Shown: positions 1 to 13,900, numbered from the stretch's first letter. The stretch is DNA of 64,000 nucleotides from Octopus bimaculoides (GCF_001194135.2 NC_068985.1:31907883-31971882), one strand, 5' to 3'. The notes: a model not told the origin generated them from the letters alone. Numbers and translations: made by a program.

Positions 1-1360
1 CGATCCAGCACATTGTTTCTCATGGGATCGGACGTAGCTGACAAGACTAATACGAGACAGGCAGATCCTGTGACCCTGAACAACAGCTGCAAGGGGTTGC
101 TGACAACGTCTCCTCTCTTCATGCAGTCTCCTGCGTCCTGTTTCAAAGTGCTCTACTCTAGCATCCCACTCGGATCTCCATGCCCTCAGATTAACCATGG
201 ACTCCAACCGGTTGGGAGGGACACCACATAAAATGAAAGACCACTTGAGATGATCATGAAAACGAAGTTTTGGATGTCCATGTCTCGATCACGCTGAAGA
301 GGACCATCTTTGGCAGCTGGTTACCTGGCATCTGAAATCACGTGACTAACCTAGCTGAGAAAACAACCACGGATGCAGACCTTAATGCTGAAGATCCCAA
401 CCCTCAAGAGGATTTTGGTATGAGGCACCTTGTCCTTCCACATGAGACCGAGGATACTGTGATTGAATATGGAACGCTTCCAGTTGTCTAATCTGGTGCT
501 GATAAAGGGTTAACCACTCAGACCCATATAGGAGGGTGGATACAATAAATGGAGATGTTTGTGCTTGTTCTACGATTTTCTTATTTTGAAAGACTTCATT
601 TGCTGTCTCCTGAAAGATGCAGAGTTGATCTGACAGTGTGTCTCCTCATCAAGGAGTCCAGTGTTAGAGATTGTGCTCCCAAAATAGCAGAATGAGTCTA
701 CCAGCGGTAGAGGAGCATCATCAATAAGGAAAAGTTGAGGGGGAGGTTGGTACCAGAAAGCTGACTGGAGAACTTCAGTGTTTTGATGATTTACCTTGAG
801 AAGACAGGCTGCAAATATCATGTCAAAAGTGCTTCTTTCTTATCGAAATCCACACTGGGACTCAGGCATAACTAGATTGATAACCTGAAATAGATGTCAG
901 AGGAGAATACGTGAAAGGATCTTGCCGGCGTTATCCAGAAGAGAGATTTCTCTGCTGTTGCCACACTCTGTACGGTCTCCCTTGCACTTGTAGATTGCGA
1001 CAATTTTGGAGTGTTTCCATCTGTTGGGTATAGTCTTCTACAAACAAAGATTGGAGATGTGAGGTGAGGTGAGGCCTGCCATACTTGTAAATCTCACCCA
1101 ATTCCCATCATCACCGGGAGCAGGGCTGGATCAAGGTACCAGCAACTTGAGTAGTTGCCTGGGGTGCCAAGGAGGTCATGACAAAGACAAGGAAATTTCC
1201 ATGATTGTCAGCTTGCATGTGCCAAAGTTCAGGTTGCCTGGGATGCCAGCAACCCTAGGGCCAGCCCTGACTGGGAGATTACTTGTCTTGAGACCACAGA
1301 CGGCCTGTTGGTGTGTTGTCAAGCTCTATCAGGATATCTTTCCATGTTGCATCAAATAAG
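1..1360 (-). mobile_element. Decayed RTE/BovB-like LINE, RT C-terminal part
   Basis: ORF 570-821 LPLVDSFCYFGSTISNTGLLDEETHCQINSAS resembles the RTE VVDxFxYLGS..EI..RI..AS block; many stops and frameshifts. Confidence 0.65.
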
Positions 1361-1436
1361 TACCAGTAAAGTAATTAAATCATGTATATTTCCATCATAA
1401 TATTTATAGTCTTGTACAAATGTTAGAAATCACTAT

Positions 1437-1850
1437 TCAACATCATCATTTAACGTTCATTGTACGTGCTGGCATTGGTTGGATGGTTTGACCAGAGCTG
1501 GTAAGCTGGAAGACTGCACCAGACTCCAGTCAGGTATCATAGCATCCAGCTATGGTTCCTATAGCTGGATGCCCTTCTTAATACCAACCACTCCAAGTGT
1601 GTAATGGGTGCTTTTACATGCCAGCAGCACAGACGCCATTTGCACAACACCAGTATCTGCCATGACTGTGATTTTACCTGGCTTGATGTGTTTTCTTCTC
1701 AAGCATTACATAATGCCAAAGATCTTGGTCATTGCCTCTGTGAAGCCCAACACTCAAAAGGAGCTTTTCACATGCTATTGGCATCAACCACTTTGATCCA
1801 TGAGGCCCAACACTTGAAAGGTGCTTTGGGCCTCATAGAGGCAAAGTAAT
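1437..1850 (-). mobile_element. RTE LINE 3' end with (CAT)n tail
   Basis: catcatcatttaacg...gctggatgcccttc family signature. Confidence 0.75.
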
Positions 1851-2148
1851 TATTGAACAAATTTAAATTCCATGGATAGCTATTACTTTGTATCCTTAAT
1901 ATAAATATGTTTGCTTCACTATATCATCAGGAAGCTCTTGACAATGTATCAGATTAAATGATATTTTAAAGCTTATATGTTAATACCTTTATAAAACTGT
2001 GTGTGGCATATGTTTCTTTCAAAACAAAATGCACAACAAAAATGTCTTTAGAAATAATTAGCTTGAATTTGATTGTTGTTAATGTGTTTTTGAAAGCTTT
2101 CATTTCAGGTAAATAGGTTTCTTTTCTTTAGTACATATTTTTTTAATT

Positions 2149-2567
2149 AGAACATGTGGAAGGAGTAGATCCAGGAAGATGTGGGACGAAGTAGTGAGAA
2201 AGGATCTACAGATATTGGGACTTACAGTGGGGATGACACCTAACGGATTGCTGTGCTTGAAAAGATATGTCAAGCTAAGTAAAAGTGTGGCTGTCTTTGC
2301 ATACAGTCTTGTCCCCTGCATCCCTCTCCAACTGAACATTCCTAATCTTGCAGGTTCGTAGATGCTGGTGCCATATAAACAAGCCTATGCCAGTGCTGCG
2401 TAAAAGCACCCAGTACACTCTGTAAAGTGGTTGGCATTAGGAAGGGTATCTAGCTGTAGAAACCATACCAAAATGGACATGAAGCCTGGGCAGCTCTTCA
2501 GCTGGCCAGCTCCTGTCAAACTGTTCAACCCATGCCAGCATGGAAAATGGACATTAAATGATGATGA
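2149..2567 (+). mobile_element. RTE LINE 3' end (ORF C-terminus plus 3' UTR)
   Basis: WDEVVRKDLQILGLT, then ggttggcattaggaaggg...atgatgat tail. Confidence 0.8.
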
Positions 2568-3339
2568 TCTGGCAAAATAAAATTTAATAGGATGGTTGGA
2601 ATGGCAGAAATAGTAAAATACTAGTCTAGCATTTACTTTCACTGAAATAGGTTTTATAAGTATTTCCCTGGAGGCTTATATACAATAACTACCAGTGATA
2701 TACTGTAATTTGATTCAATGTAGACCCTCCCCAACAAAATGACCTTGAACTTTTTCTAAAGAATACAATTATTAAATTCAATAAACTACTTCCAATCAAA
2801 ATGTTTACTATGTTTCATTGATGAAGCAATGCTGTAGCATAAAGCGAAGGAATTTAATTTGGTTTTCATACAAATCAAATTCCTGTTAAAATAATATAAT
2901 AAATGGAAAACAAAAACAAAGTTCAAACAAACAAATAATGGTCTGTATTTGTAAAAATTATTTAGTGAAGTTAGTATGCCATGGGAAAGGAATACTGATG
3001 TTTCAGAACTGACAGAGAGATGTGAAGGGGAGCGAGAGAGAGAGAGAGAGATCTGAATTTATGTATGTTGTATAATATATACGTAGAAGCAGTAAAGAAA
3101 GGATGGGTGTAAACAAAATGTGCTTGGTGTTTCCATCTTCAGACAAGTTTTACCATGCAGCTTGGATAACATTTGAGAATTACAATAAAGTTATAACTAG
3201 GTTTCAGAATGTGGTGATTGTTTATCTTTTTCTTCTGGATATTAAATATATTTGTATTTCATCTCTCTCTCTCTCCCCCTCTTTCTTTCTCTCAAGTTTG
3301 ACCATGTTGAATAAAGCTATTTTCTAGCTATTCAGTTCA

Positions 3340-4760
3340 ATCTATTCGACAAGAACAACAAAAAATGACAGATAAGGTGTTCAACCAGGAAAATAGCAGA
3401 TCTTCCAAGCAAAGGCTTATATGACCCAAGCAATTCATCGCCGTGATCTCAAATTGTCAACACTACCAATGAACATCACAACAAACATATGATCTATTCA
3501 CAAACTATCGAATGATTTCACTCAATTGGATGGTTACTCTGCCAACGATAGGTGCATTAGTAAATACTGTTGCGCACTATAAAATATTCATTTCACTGGA
3601 GTTGATGAATGCATATATCTCAGATTCCATTTGGCTTAATCAATGCTGTTGCTCAGTTTTAATGAATTATGGACAACTTCATAAGAAACAGTAATCTAGT
3701 GGATACATTTGTCTATATGGACAATGTTCGTGCCTGTCACACAACACAAACTGAACATGATATTAATCTTACTAAGGTCCTGCAAGCTTTTAAAGATGCC
3801 CATGTTACTTTTAACAAGCAGAATCCAACTATAGTAGTACATTCAAGGACTTCCTTGGTTATACTATATCACAAGGATTGACCACACCCTATCTTCAATG
3901 ACTGAATCCTCCATAAAAGAGTACTCTTCCAAATGATGTAGTCTCTTTTCATCAGCTAATTGATATGTTCTACTTCTACACCAGATTTTCCATTTCTCAA
4001 ACAAAATTAAACTATAGATGAAAGTAGATACATTTCCACACATAAAAAAAAAAAAAAGCGGTGGAAGGGATTTCTTTAATTCAGTTGAAGAAGGCATAAA
4101 ATTGTCTGTTATTCTTGCTGTTGATGGCATTATTCATTATTGAGATGGGTGTTTCTGATTTTGCCATTACTGCTCACTTAACAAAATAGGATATGTTGCC
4201 ATTTTCTCTCATTCATTATGTAGTTCTAAACAGAATCACTCCAATCTAGAAAGAAGCATTTCACAAGTATTGGCAGATATTTCACTCTAGTAAAGGACCA
4301 ATAATCAGTTAGTTGCACATATGACAACAATTAATGTGGTAAAACTCAAGAACAATAGATGGAGAATTGAACTCACTTGTTACCAACATAATATAATCTA
4401 CTCCCACAAAAAGAGTATTTTGGCTGATACATTATTGTGAATTTGTTGTTCAGTCTGGAGCATCCAACATTTAATGACTTACATCTCTGTCATCATTGAT
4501 CCTGGTATCACAAGAATTAATCTTACTTGAAATTTACCATGCTCTCTTGAAGACATCAAGAATTATCTACTGCATATTAAATCTGTACTGAACTGAAGCC
4601 TGTATTCTACAAATCACTTAGTTCTACTTTGATAAGACACTAAAAAACCTATGAATACCTCTTATTTGATTTCAAGTGTTTGTTACTTTCATCTCCATGC
4701 AATAACCCAGAACCATGTTACTGGGAAGCAAACTTCTTACCATGCAGTAATGCTAGTGCT
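3340..4760 (+). mobile_element. Decayed Gypsy-type LTR retrotransposon pol fragment (RT/RNase H)
   Basis: MDNFIRNSNLVDTFVYMDN (YLDD-like), upstream LPTIGALVNTVAHYKIF block; degraded. Confidence 0.6.
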
Positions 4761-6024
4761 TGTTTATTAATTTAGAATTAAGAAATTTAGCCTGAGGTCA
4801 AGCATAAGTGAGCAGGTTCATGAGTCAAGTCATTCTAGCCATAACCATTGGATTTTTATGGGGTAACTGATGTGATTTTTCTTTGCTTAAGGCACTAAGA
4901 ATGATATTTAATTAAGATTTGATTGCTATTTCTAGCAGGCTTGGATAGTCATGGCAGCAATGCTTTCCAGCATGTTTGATCAGGTTTCACTTGTGGTTAA
5001 ACCACCACCAACTTTCATTCACAAGGCTTTGGTTAACCTGGATGATCTTACTTATGGTGTCACACAATGAGATCAAATCTGAAACCACACTGTTATGGTT
5101 CAAGGAGATCATTTGGAATAGCTATCACTACCTGATAAGGAATGAGAAGGGCAAGGAATTGGGTGGATTTTTACCTTCATGTTTTTTGTTTTCTTTTTAA
5201 TATTCCTGCATTTCATACAATGAAAATATGATTATGAAAGAATTTTTTTGTTCAAAAATTTCAACTATTTTTGCATCCCAATCCTTGTTCCCCATAAAGT
5301 CCACCAGATTCTAAATGGAAGAACAAATCAAAATGAGTAATTGGAGAATATGCAAGATAATTTTTTGCTAATATTCTCAACCATCATCATCAAGCTTATG
5401 CATAAGCATTCTTTCAGTTATAGAGAAGAATAAAAAAATTGAAAACCTGAAAAAAATTTTCTCAGAATCATATATCCAAAAAATTAAACGTGGAATATAC
5501 TCCAAAAATTATTGAAAATATGTTAAAAAATTACTGGTTGATAGGTTGCTTATTTGACATATCCGTCTTAACATTACTAAATAATGTCAATATACCCACT
5601 TTCATTTTGTGATCACAAACCAAAATAATGCCATGTAATTTATTGCAAATTCAAGAACTTTTATATTATGGAAACAGCAAAGTCCTTGAAATAAAGCAGT
5701 TATAAGTGAGACAAAATGAAAGATTATGGAAAACAGCAGCAGAAATCTAAAAAGTGAAAACAGCATATTAAATTCAGAAATTATCTAAAATATCTTATTT
5801 ATCAATAATATTTGTTGTTTTTTTTAAAATTAATGAGGAGTGTTCTTTTATTAAATAAAGAGTTTTCATTATTGATGTGTTTAAAAAAATAGGGTGGGAA
5901 GGGATAGAGAATATCTGCTATCCTGTTATATACTATTTTGGGCACTTATTTATCTGAAGAAGAAAAATGGGGAGGGGAAAGACATATTGGCTCTATTAAT
6001 CAAATATCGATTTCAAATATTTTC

Positions 6025-6290
6025 AGAAGCAGTACTTATTCTATCGGGTTCATTTGCAGGGACGTAAACACACCATCGGTTGTCAAGCGATGATGGGGGA
6101 CAAACACAGACACTCGATTACGACGGACTTCTTTCAGTTTCCATCTACCAAATCCACTCACAAGGCTATAGTAGAAGACACTTGCCCAAGGTGCCACGCA
6201 GTGGGACTGAAACCGGAACCATGTCCCGGGGTCGATTTACTTGTTTCAGTCATTTGTCAAATGACTGAAACGAATAAAAGAATATATATA
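6025..6290 (-). mobile_element. tRNA-derived octopus-type SINE, internally deleted mosaic copy
   Basis: Shares ggttcagtcccactgcgtggcaccttgggcaagtgtcttctactatagcc and gatagaataagtact blocks with the 10134 copy. Confidence 0.75.
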
Positions 6291-6997
6291 TGAGTTCTCG
6301 GTAGATTTCAAAGCAAGGACAGAAGATAAATAAGCCGCTAAAACGAAAAAATTGTCTTCGTTGTTATGAATTTAATTATAAGAGCAAGAAACACAAATTC
6401 ATTTTAATTAAAAATATCGACAGTAATTCCGGACCCAAATTCACGAGATCCATTTGTAAACAACAAAAGTCCTAATCCGACAGTGTCAAAGCAGGAAACT
6501 GACGAGGGGTTGCCGCCCCTCAACCCCGACTCCCAATGGGTTTTTGTGTAAACCCGTTAACCTCAATGTTTTTTCATGAACTCTAAAGATCTTGGTCATA
6601 ATTTGGAATACATTTCCTCCACACACATAAACCCTAACCTTATCGATACACAATGCAGTCTGTTTTTTAACAACAAACTCGAATAGTTTTTGTTATATCT
6701 CGGGAGGGTCTTTATGTCAAATACAAAAACAAAATAGGATAGTTTTCAATAAGGGAGTCCTAATATCCTTTAATGAAATATTGAATTATTTAAACTAACA
6801 AGAACGTAACAAAAGCCAATTAACAAAAAAATCCAAATATTTTGATTATATCTCCTGTTATTTCAAAATATAACTGAATTGCTTTTAAGATGCTCATCTT
6901 ACTATATATAAAACACAAAATTTATATATTTGTTAAGCAGAATAGAAAAGAAAATATTTTTCATTTATATATATAAATTACCAACTGAATAAACGTT

Positions 6998-7705
6998 TTA
7001 ATCTGCTAATCTTAAAATACTTTTTTTCTCCAAAGCTTCCATTTCTTTTAAAACATACGAAACATTGTATCGGAGTTCTTGAAATTTAGTCAATGGTACC
7101 TCGAAGGTTGAAACTTCACCATTACTTAGAATTAGTTCCACGAAGAGATACGGTTCTAAAACTCGGTTAAGCACGCTGGTGGATATTGTAGTGTCCACAC
7201 GCCACCTAAAAGATTCTAATTTAGGTAATGAAGGTCTGCAAGCCAACATAGATGTATCAATTTCTGATCTTTTAGCTCCATACACAACAGTTTCTAAATC
7301 ACTTATAAAGTCAGAAGGAATGTTCAGTTCAGCTAAATCCTCTTTAAATACATCAACCTTTAAAGCTCCACTTGGTTTCCTGAATGCACATGACAGCAGA
7401 GTGTGAAGCCCTGTGTGAATAATCCGTAATCCTTCTTCGTCAATTTTATTTGAACTTAATTGTTTAAAATCCAACTGGATACGTTCTTTAGAGTTTTCTT
7501 CCAAAAATAAACTTTCATCTTTTACTTTATCCGAAAATGTGAAACCAGAAACAACAGAATGTAAGATTTTGCGAAAATTTTTTTTATCGATATCCGATAC
7601 GATTTTAGACATAGAACGGATCTCGGGTGGTATAACTGGTCCGACAAACAAGGTTCTGTCGATATTTCCACCCAGTCCTGTCCCTACAACTTTTATAATG
7701 GACAT
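6998..7705 (-). CDS. COMMD5: COMM domain-containing protein 5 (Commander/CCC complex subunit), intronless, 235 aa
   Basis: Uninterrupted ORF; C-terminal COMM domain FRWRVDTTISTSVLNRVLEPYLFVELILSNG...FEVPLTKFQELRYNVSYVLKEM matches the COMMD5 pattern; N-terminal FVGPVIPPEI..M. Confidence 0.93.
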   Translation of the reverse strand: MSIIKVVGTGLGGNIDRTLFVGPVIPPEIRSMSKIVSDIDKKNFRKILHSVVSGFTFSDKVKDESLFLEENSKERIQLDFKQLSSNKIDEEGLRIIHTGLHTLLSCAFRKPSGALKVDVFKEDLAELNIPSDFISDLETVVYGAKRSEIDTSMLACRPSLPKLESFRWRVDTTISTSVLNRVLEPYLFVELILSNGEVSTFEVPLTKFQELRYNVSYVLKEMEALEKKSILRLAD

Positions 7706-7762
7706 CTTTCAAACATACAATCTTAATTAGAAAGACATCAACATGTCGTTTCCACCCCTCGA

Positions 7763-7788
7763 GTCACGTGATGAAGATTTCCGGTTCA
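7763..7788 (-). promoter_or_regulatory. COMMD5 proximal promoter: palindromic E-box/CLEAR-like TCACGTGA plus ETS-like CCGGAAAT
   Basis: gtcacgtga at 7763-7771 and tttccgg at 7778-7784, 60-80 nt upstream of the ATG. Confidence 0.45.
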
Positions 7789-8619
7789 AATTTTACAAGC
7801 AGACTAAATCAGAGGAGCACATTCTCATGTATGTAGATGTAAAAGTGTGATTTGGTAAGCAAAGCTTATGACCTAATTTAAACTCTCCGTTATAGATGTT
7901 AAATGGAAAGTTGAGCAAATACTTTGATAAGTATATATCAATTCTAAAACGAACGTTATTCGAATGACGGCATGTACGAAACTGAATTTACACACATACA
8001 CACACGCTAAATCATTATAGCAGGTCCCTGATCATTCGAATAAATACTCGGTTCGGTAATTTAACAGTTATTAGTAGGATTGTCAGTTATTCCTACTTTA
8101 TCGGGAGGTTTTTTTAAAATGAAATAGAAATTATACAACCTATTTAGACGTGTTTTCTTTCTATGTAAGGTTTTATTTTAAAAATATATTTGGTATTTTG
8201 ATAAGTTCTTGTTAGAAGTCCTTAAAGAAATTAATTAAATTATTAACGGAATAAATTTCTGATAGAATAAGCGTATCATCGGTCTTGTTATGCATAGACC
8301 ACTGTATTACTAGCTGGTGGGGAGAAGCAGAAAGGGAATGTAATGGCGTTCATGCTTTCTCTAAAGAACTTATTAGCGTAAGTGAAATGAGCTGGTTAAA
8401 ACGGGGAATTGAAACCAACTTGATGGTGAACAAGAGAAAACAATGATAGCGAAAGAAAACAAAAGGGTTTTTTTTTTAAGGATTGGCTACAAGTTTAATT
8501 ACATAAACCTTGAATTTGCCTTAAAAGCTATTTTATAGGTTAGAGTATGATTTGGTATCGTTTAAAAAAAAGTGTACATAATATCATATCCTTGCCAAAC
8601 TTTTCTTTCTACACCACTC

Positions 8620-9960
8620 CTTATTTTTGCTAGATCTGAATAAAGTAGCATTCCTTGCGAGTTCTCCAACACTGTGAGTATGTTAACAGATGTTGATATG
8701 AGCAAAGACGAAATTCCAGAGTGCCAACATTCAAGGGAGGAATAACGTGGTGTAATTTTTAGTATGCAGCCTAAGATGAGTCAAGGGTCAATGAATGGAA
8801 GTGTAGCAAATGTATACCATGATTCATTCTTGAAACTTTTTCATGCTCAAACACGAAATGTAACTGGTATTTGTCACATCAGCAAATATCCGACCAAAGC
8901 TTACCAATGAGACTCAACATACACATCATATTCTTTGATTGATGTCAGTTAAAATTCTAATGAATCTGTAGGGACCTCCGTTACAAATCCAATGAAGAGA
9001 GTAGCAAACAACAGGCAGGGAACAGAGTCAGACGAACACATGGACAGATTCAACCTGGTCATCAGTTAGTGAGCAGCTTGTTGATTATTCTAGTCAGTGA
9101 GAAGTCCATGAGACAAGATGCTATTGACAAGTAAAGATAAAAGAAGCAGGGTTATGAGTGATGAAGTAAGACTGCAAGTGAAATTCTTTCTATAACTGAT
9201 CACATAAGCCCAACAGAACTTGTCATGTGAAAAATTTTGCCTAATTCTCTTTCAACAACCTGACTGTCAACAAAATATGTACACTAGTTAACTATTCAGA
9301 TATATCGACATTCATCAGCATGCAGAAAATTCTTTCTCTACCTAAAGAAGGACACACCTACATTGTGAAATGAACTGTTTTTCTATTCAGGTTTCGCTGT
9401 ATCAGGGTATTTCTATCTGAAGTAATGAGAAATATATGATGAATTTTGACTTGTTCATTTCATCAACTCTGGTTCATTATCCTATTGTTACACTGGTGAC
9501 CTTAGCAACAATGAATCAAAGAATTTTTTATCCAACATGTTCTTGAGTGAACTTTCACAAGCAACATCTCAGCAATTTTTTTCTTGCTACAGAACATTTT
9601 GCACATATGAGATGCCCAAAGAACACCAGTTGTGCCTTTTCAACTTCTATACAATCTGTAGTATCCCTAAGGATCATGTCTTTCTGTATTCATTATCCCA
9701 TTGTATGGCTCATTTATCTCAAGGAACAATTTCTCACTGGATTTTGGCAGACAGCATGTGTTTCCTATGTTATTAGTGCTATGCCATCAGAGATAATTCA
9801 AGAAATCTAAGATGTATTGGTAGACTGGTATTAACACAGAGAATGGGCCAAGAATTGTGTCCGTTGCCAGAAGGTAAAAATTCATCACGATGCTAAATCA
9901 CTTCAATGAACTTTCTGAACACTTAATGCCTGCTTTCACTATATACCTTGATATTGTAGG
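8620..9960 (+). mobile_element. Decayed Gypsy remnant including integrase zinc-finger region
   Basis: WAKNCVRCQKVKIHH and LDIVG-like remnants near 9840-9960. Confidence 0.5.
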
Positions 9961-10132
9961 GTTGCTTTCCCTTTAAAACTTTAAGCACTTTATATCTTAT
10001 ATATCTTGGGATCAATACCTCCAGAAAACCACCTTTCATCAATGAAATCTATAAATAATGCTATATATATCTTTACAAAAGTTGACCAAATGCATCACAA
10101 TCTCTTTTCTCATCATCTACAAATATTTTTCA

Positions 10133-10505
10133 GGTGCAGGAGTGGCTGTGTGGTAAGTAGCTTGCTTACCAACCACACGGTTCTGGGTTCAGTCCCACTG
10201 CGTGGCACCTTGGGCAAGTGTCTTCTACTATAGCCTTGGGCTGACCAAAGCCTTGTGAGTGGATTTGGTAGACAGAAACTAAAAGAAGCCCGTCGTATAT
10301 ATATATATATATATATATNNNNNNNNNNCCATTGCTTGACAACTGATGCTGGTGTGTTTACGTCCCCGTAACTTAGCGGTTCATCAAAAAGAGACCGATA
10401 GAATAAGTACTAGGCTTACAATGAAAAAGTCCTAGGGTCGACATTCTCGACTAAAGGCAGTGCTCCAGCATGGCCGCAGTCAAATGACTGAAACAAGTAA
10501 AAGAG
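10133..10505 (+). mobile_element. tRNA-derived SINE with internal (TA)n, spanning a short gap
   Basis: A-box-like tggctgtgtgg, B-box-like gggttcagtcc; body and tail recur at 6025, 15085, 47900, 51460, 58200, 61540 and 63660. Confidence 0.8.
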
Positions 10506-10737
10506 AGTAAAGAGAATGTAAGAACTCAAAAAAAATGTGCTATTGACATACATACAAATAACCTCTTTGCTGGAAATTATCCAAATGATTTGGTTGACAA
10601 ATGGTTGATGCTTTAAATGAAAATCATAAGATATGATCATAAGTCTTTTTATGCCAAACATTCTACATTCAATCTTGCTTTATCATGTACGTATGCAATA
10701 AAATAAGAGAAACAACACAGGGAGACTATTTAACAAG

Positions 10738-10743
10738 TTTATT
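10738..10743 (-). terminator. Probable polyadenylation signal (AATAAA) of NDUFS2
   Basis: tttatt on + strand, about 140 nt downstream of the TGA. Confidence 0.5.
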
Positions 10744-10881
10744 TTTCAGAACGGCTGTTATAAAAGTCTATCGACACTCTATAAAACTCTGATAAATATA
10801 TGTAAAAGCCATTAAGTAAATAAATTCTCAATATATCATGGCTGGTCTTCACAGATTTGTTTCATCCATCTACTTATGTCT

Positions 10882-10919
10882 TCATCGATCAACTTCACCA
10901 AACACAACGTCCAATGTTC
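10882..10919 (-). CDS. NDUFS2: NDUFS2 exon 14 (last coding exon)
   Basis: (G)[14 protein letters not shown]; ttttaactcag acceptor. Confidence 0.96.
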
Positions 10920-13900
10920 CTGAGTTAAAATAATAACATTATAATCAATATTATATTTACATAATAACATTATGATGAACACTACATATTTACATAAACT
11001 AATTTAAGTAAAACCATCTTTCTCAACAACTTTCATACCACTTTATGCAGTAAATCCAACGATAAAGCTACTTCAAACAAGTTGTGTCTCATTTCATCTT
11101 CAGAATTGTCTAGTTTAGAAAATAGAATTTACAAAATAAAAATATAAACCTCTTCAGATTTTACAACTACCTATTTTGCTTGTTGAAAATATAAACAATT
11201 TTAAATGTATGCATTTTCATAAAGAGAAAGTAATGTTGAGTGCCAGAGCAGAAATTTTGGATGGGCACTTGAAAAATTAATACTTTGTTAAGAATTACAA
11301 AAGTTAAAAATTAGCAAATTTAAAGCAATGTAATTTAAAAAAAAGAGGAATTGCTTGTTTCTTGGGATATATTTGAAAGACTTAAAATCTGAAAGTCATA
11401 TGTAATATGGCATTTCATTTTGCTAGTTTTACTATGAAGTTCAATATAGTAACTAGTGCTACACTGGTCATACATAAATTTGAAGGAATGATTTGCATCA
11501 AGTTTGTTATGCAGAGAAAGTAAATGAGACATATTGCAGAAAACAAAGTCAAATTCTTAGAGATATACGCTCTAATATAGACCATTGATGATGTAACTGT
11601 ATTGCAAAAATATAAAAGGCAGGTCGAAATGAAGGAAAGTTTAAATGTCTTGTTTTATGATAAGAGAGCATTTAACAGCATTATTTTTTCTATTTTTTAA
11701 AGCCTATTATTTATTATGCATTTTTAGTTAAGTAATCTAATGTCATGTATACAGATGACAGTTGTTGTTCAACACAGAGAGGGAAGCATACACAGTATAG
11801 AATTTTGAGAAAAGCAAGAGACTAGAAAAGAAATTTGGAAGTGGAACAGCAAATAAACATATTTTAAAGATAAATTTAGGGCTAGTTGAGAAAGAAAGAG
11901 ACAAAAAAATTTTTAAATCATCAACATCATCATTTAGCATCTGTTTTCCATGCTGGCATGGGTTAGACAGTTTGACTGCAACTGGCAAATTGGAGAGCTG
12001 TACCAGGTTCCAGTTTAATTTGGCATGGTTTCTATAGCTAGATGCCCTTCATAACACCAACCACTCAGAGAGTGTAGTGGGTGCCTTTTACATGTCACCA
12101 GCACTGGCCACGACTAAGGTATCACTTGGCTTGACAAGTCTTTTCAGGCACAGCAAACTGCCAAAGGTCTCAATTACTTGTCACTGCCTCTGTGAGACCC
12201 AACAATCGAACATCATGCATCACTACCTCATCCCATGTCTTCTTGGGCTTACCTCTTCCATTGGTTCCCTCCAGAGCTAGAGATTGGAACTTCTTTATGC
12301 AGCTGTTCTCGTCTGTATGCATCACATGGCCATACCAATACAGTCTCTTACACACATCTGATGCCTCTTATACCTAATTTTTCTCTCAAGATGCTTACAC
12401 TCTATTGTACATGTACACTGACATTGCACATCTAGTGAAGCATACTAGCTTCATTTCTTTTAAGCCTTCGCATATCCTCTGCAGCCACAGCCCATATTTC
12501 ACTGCTGTGTAGCATGTCTGTTTGCACACAGGTATCATACAATCTGCCTTTCACTGAGGGAGAGGCCCTTTATTACCAACAAATTTAGAAGCCCAGTCTA
12601 TTGTTACCAACAAATTTAGAAGCCCAGTCTATTCTTCTAGCAGTTACGTTCATGGAACATCCACCTCCACTGCTGACTTGGTCACCCAGATTACAAAAGC
12701 TATCAACAACTTGCAGGTATCCTCCACTGACATTTGATGGAATCTATTTTCTGTACATTTCCAATACATCTACCACACACAAAAACTATTTTCCTTGTTA
12801 ACCTTCTTCAGATATTGCTGCACCTCTTATGTATCCATTGCCTGCACAGGATACACCTTATTGAGTTTCTGCCTATGCCTTTTCTATATGTCATTTTTAA
12901 TATTATCAGTATAAAATTTATTATTTACTGTAAAGCAGTGAAATATTGAGTTCAAATTCTACTGCTCATAGTTTGTACTCTTAGTCAAGACATATTTGCT
13001 TGTCTCAGTTTTTCTAGCAATGTAATTTTACAGTAAGAAATGATGGCACAATGTAGAATATCATTAGAAAAATGCTTACTTTATTTAAATAATAAAATTG
13101 TAAACTTATCCTACATATATTAGCAATGAAAAACAAAAAATTAGGAAAAAAGTGAATAAATCTATTTCCTCACCTATAATGGCCACAACATCAGCAAGCA
13201 TATGTTTCTTTGAAACTTTGTCTAGGGCAGCCTGAAAAAGATTTTTTGCAAATGGTAAATACAATGGAAAAATATTCTAATTTTCAATGAAGTATTTCTT
13301 TTAACATGAGAAGTATTAAGAACTAAGCAGTTTTGACCTTGAGAATCAGAAAGTAATTCATAATCACAAATCTGTAAACATAGTTATTGTATATCAATTA
13401 TATTTTTACCAATCTGATGAATTATTAAATTAGTTTCCTTTCTTTACATAAAATTTAAAATATTGCTAAGAGAAAAGTCATCAAACTTGTCTCATCTGAA
13501 GTTGCCATAATTAAATACTTATTTCAGTATCTTCACTGATTTTCATCAAGCAGCCAATGCAAATAATAAAATGTCACTCAGCTTTATTAACTATTTAATA
13601 TCATCATTTAATGTCTGCTTTCTATGCTGGCATGGGTTGAACAGCAGAGCTGCACTAGGCTCTGATTGTTTTGGCTTGGTTTCTATGGCTGGTTTCTTGG
13701 TTTCTTAACACCAACCACTTTACAGAGTATACCAGGTGTTTTTTACATGGCACCAGCACAAGTACTTTTTACATGTCACTAGTACCAGTGCGGTCACCAA
13801 GTAGCTTGCAAGTCAAAGACCTCCCGGCTGAGAGAGGGAACGAAAGTGAGAGAAGTGACTGTGTGTCAGGCAAGAGGTTAGAGTATGATAGAGGGGCAGA

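Noticed and set aside
6504-6527. G/C-rich stretch with two alternative short hairpins (GAGGGG/CCCCTC or GGGGTTG/CAACCCC)
   Set aside because: Stems of only 6-7 bp with no context indicating function.
12571-12633. 31-bp tandem duplication; also short tandems at 41222-41262 and 42620-42666
   Set aside because: Local slippage inside decayed elements; not an array and no spacer structure (not CRISPR).
13190-13215. NDUFS2 SKKH instead of vertebrate SKGH, as a possible restorative A-to-I editing site (AAA->GGA)
   Set aside because: The position varies among invertebrates as far as I recall, would need two edits, and there is no RNA evidence.
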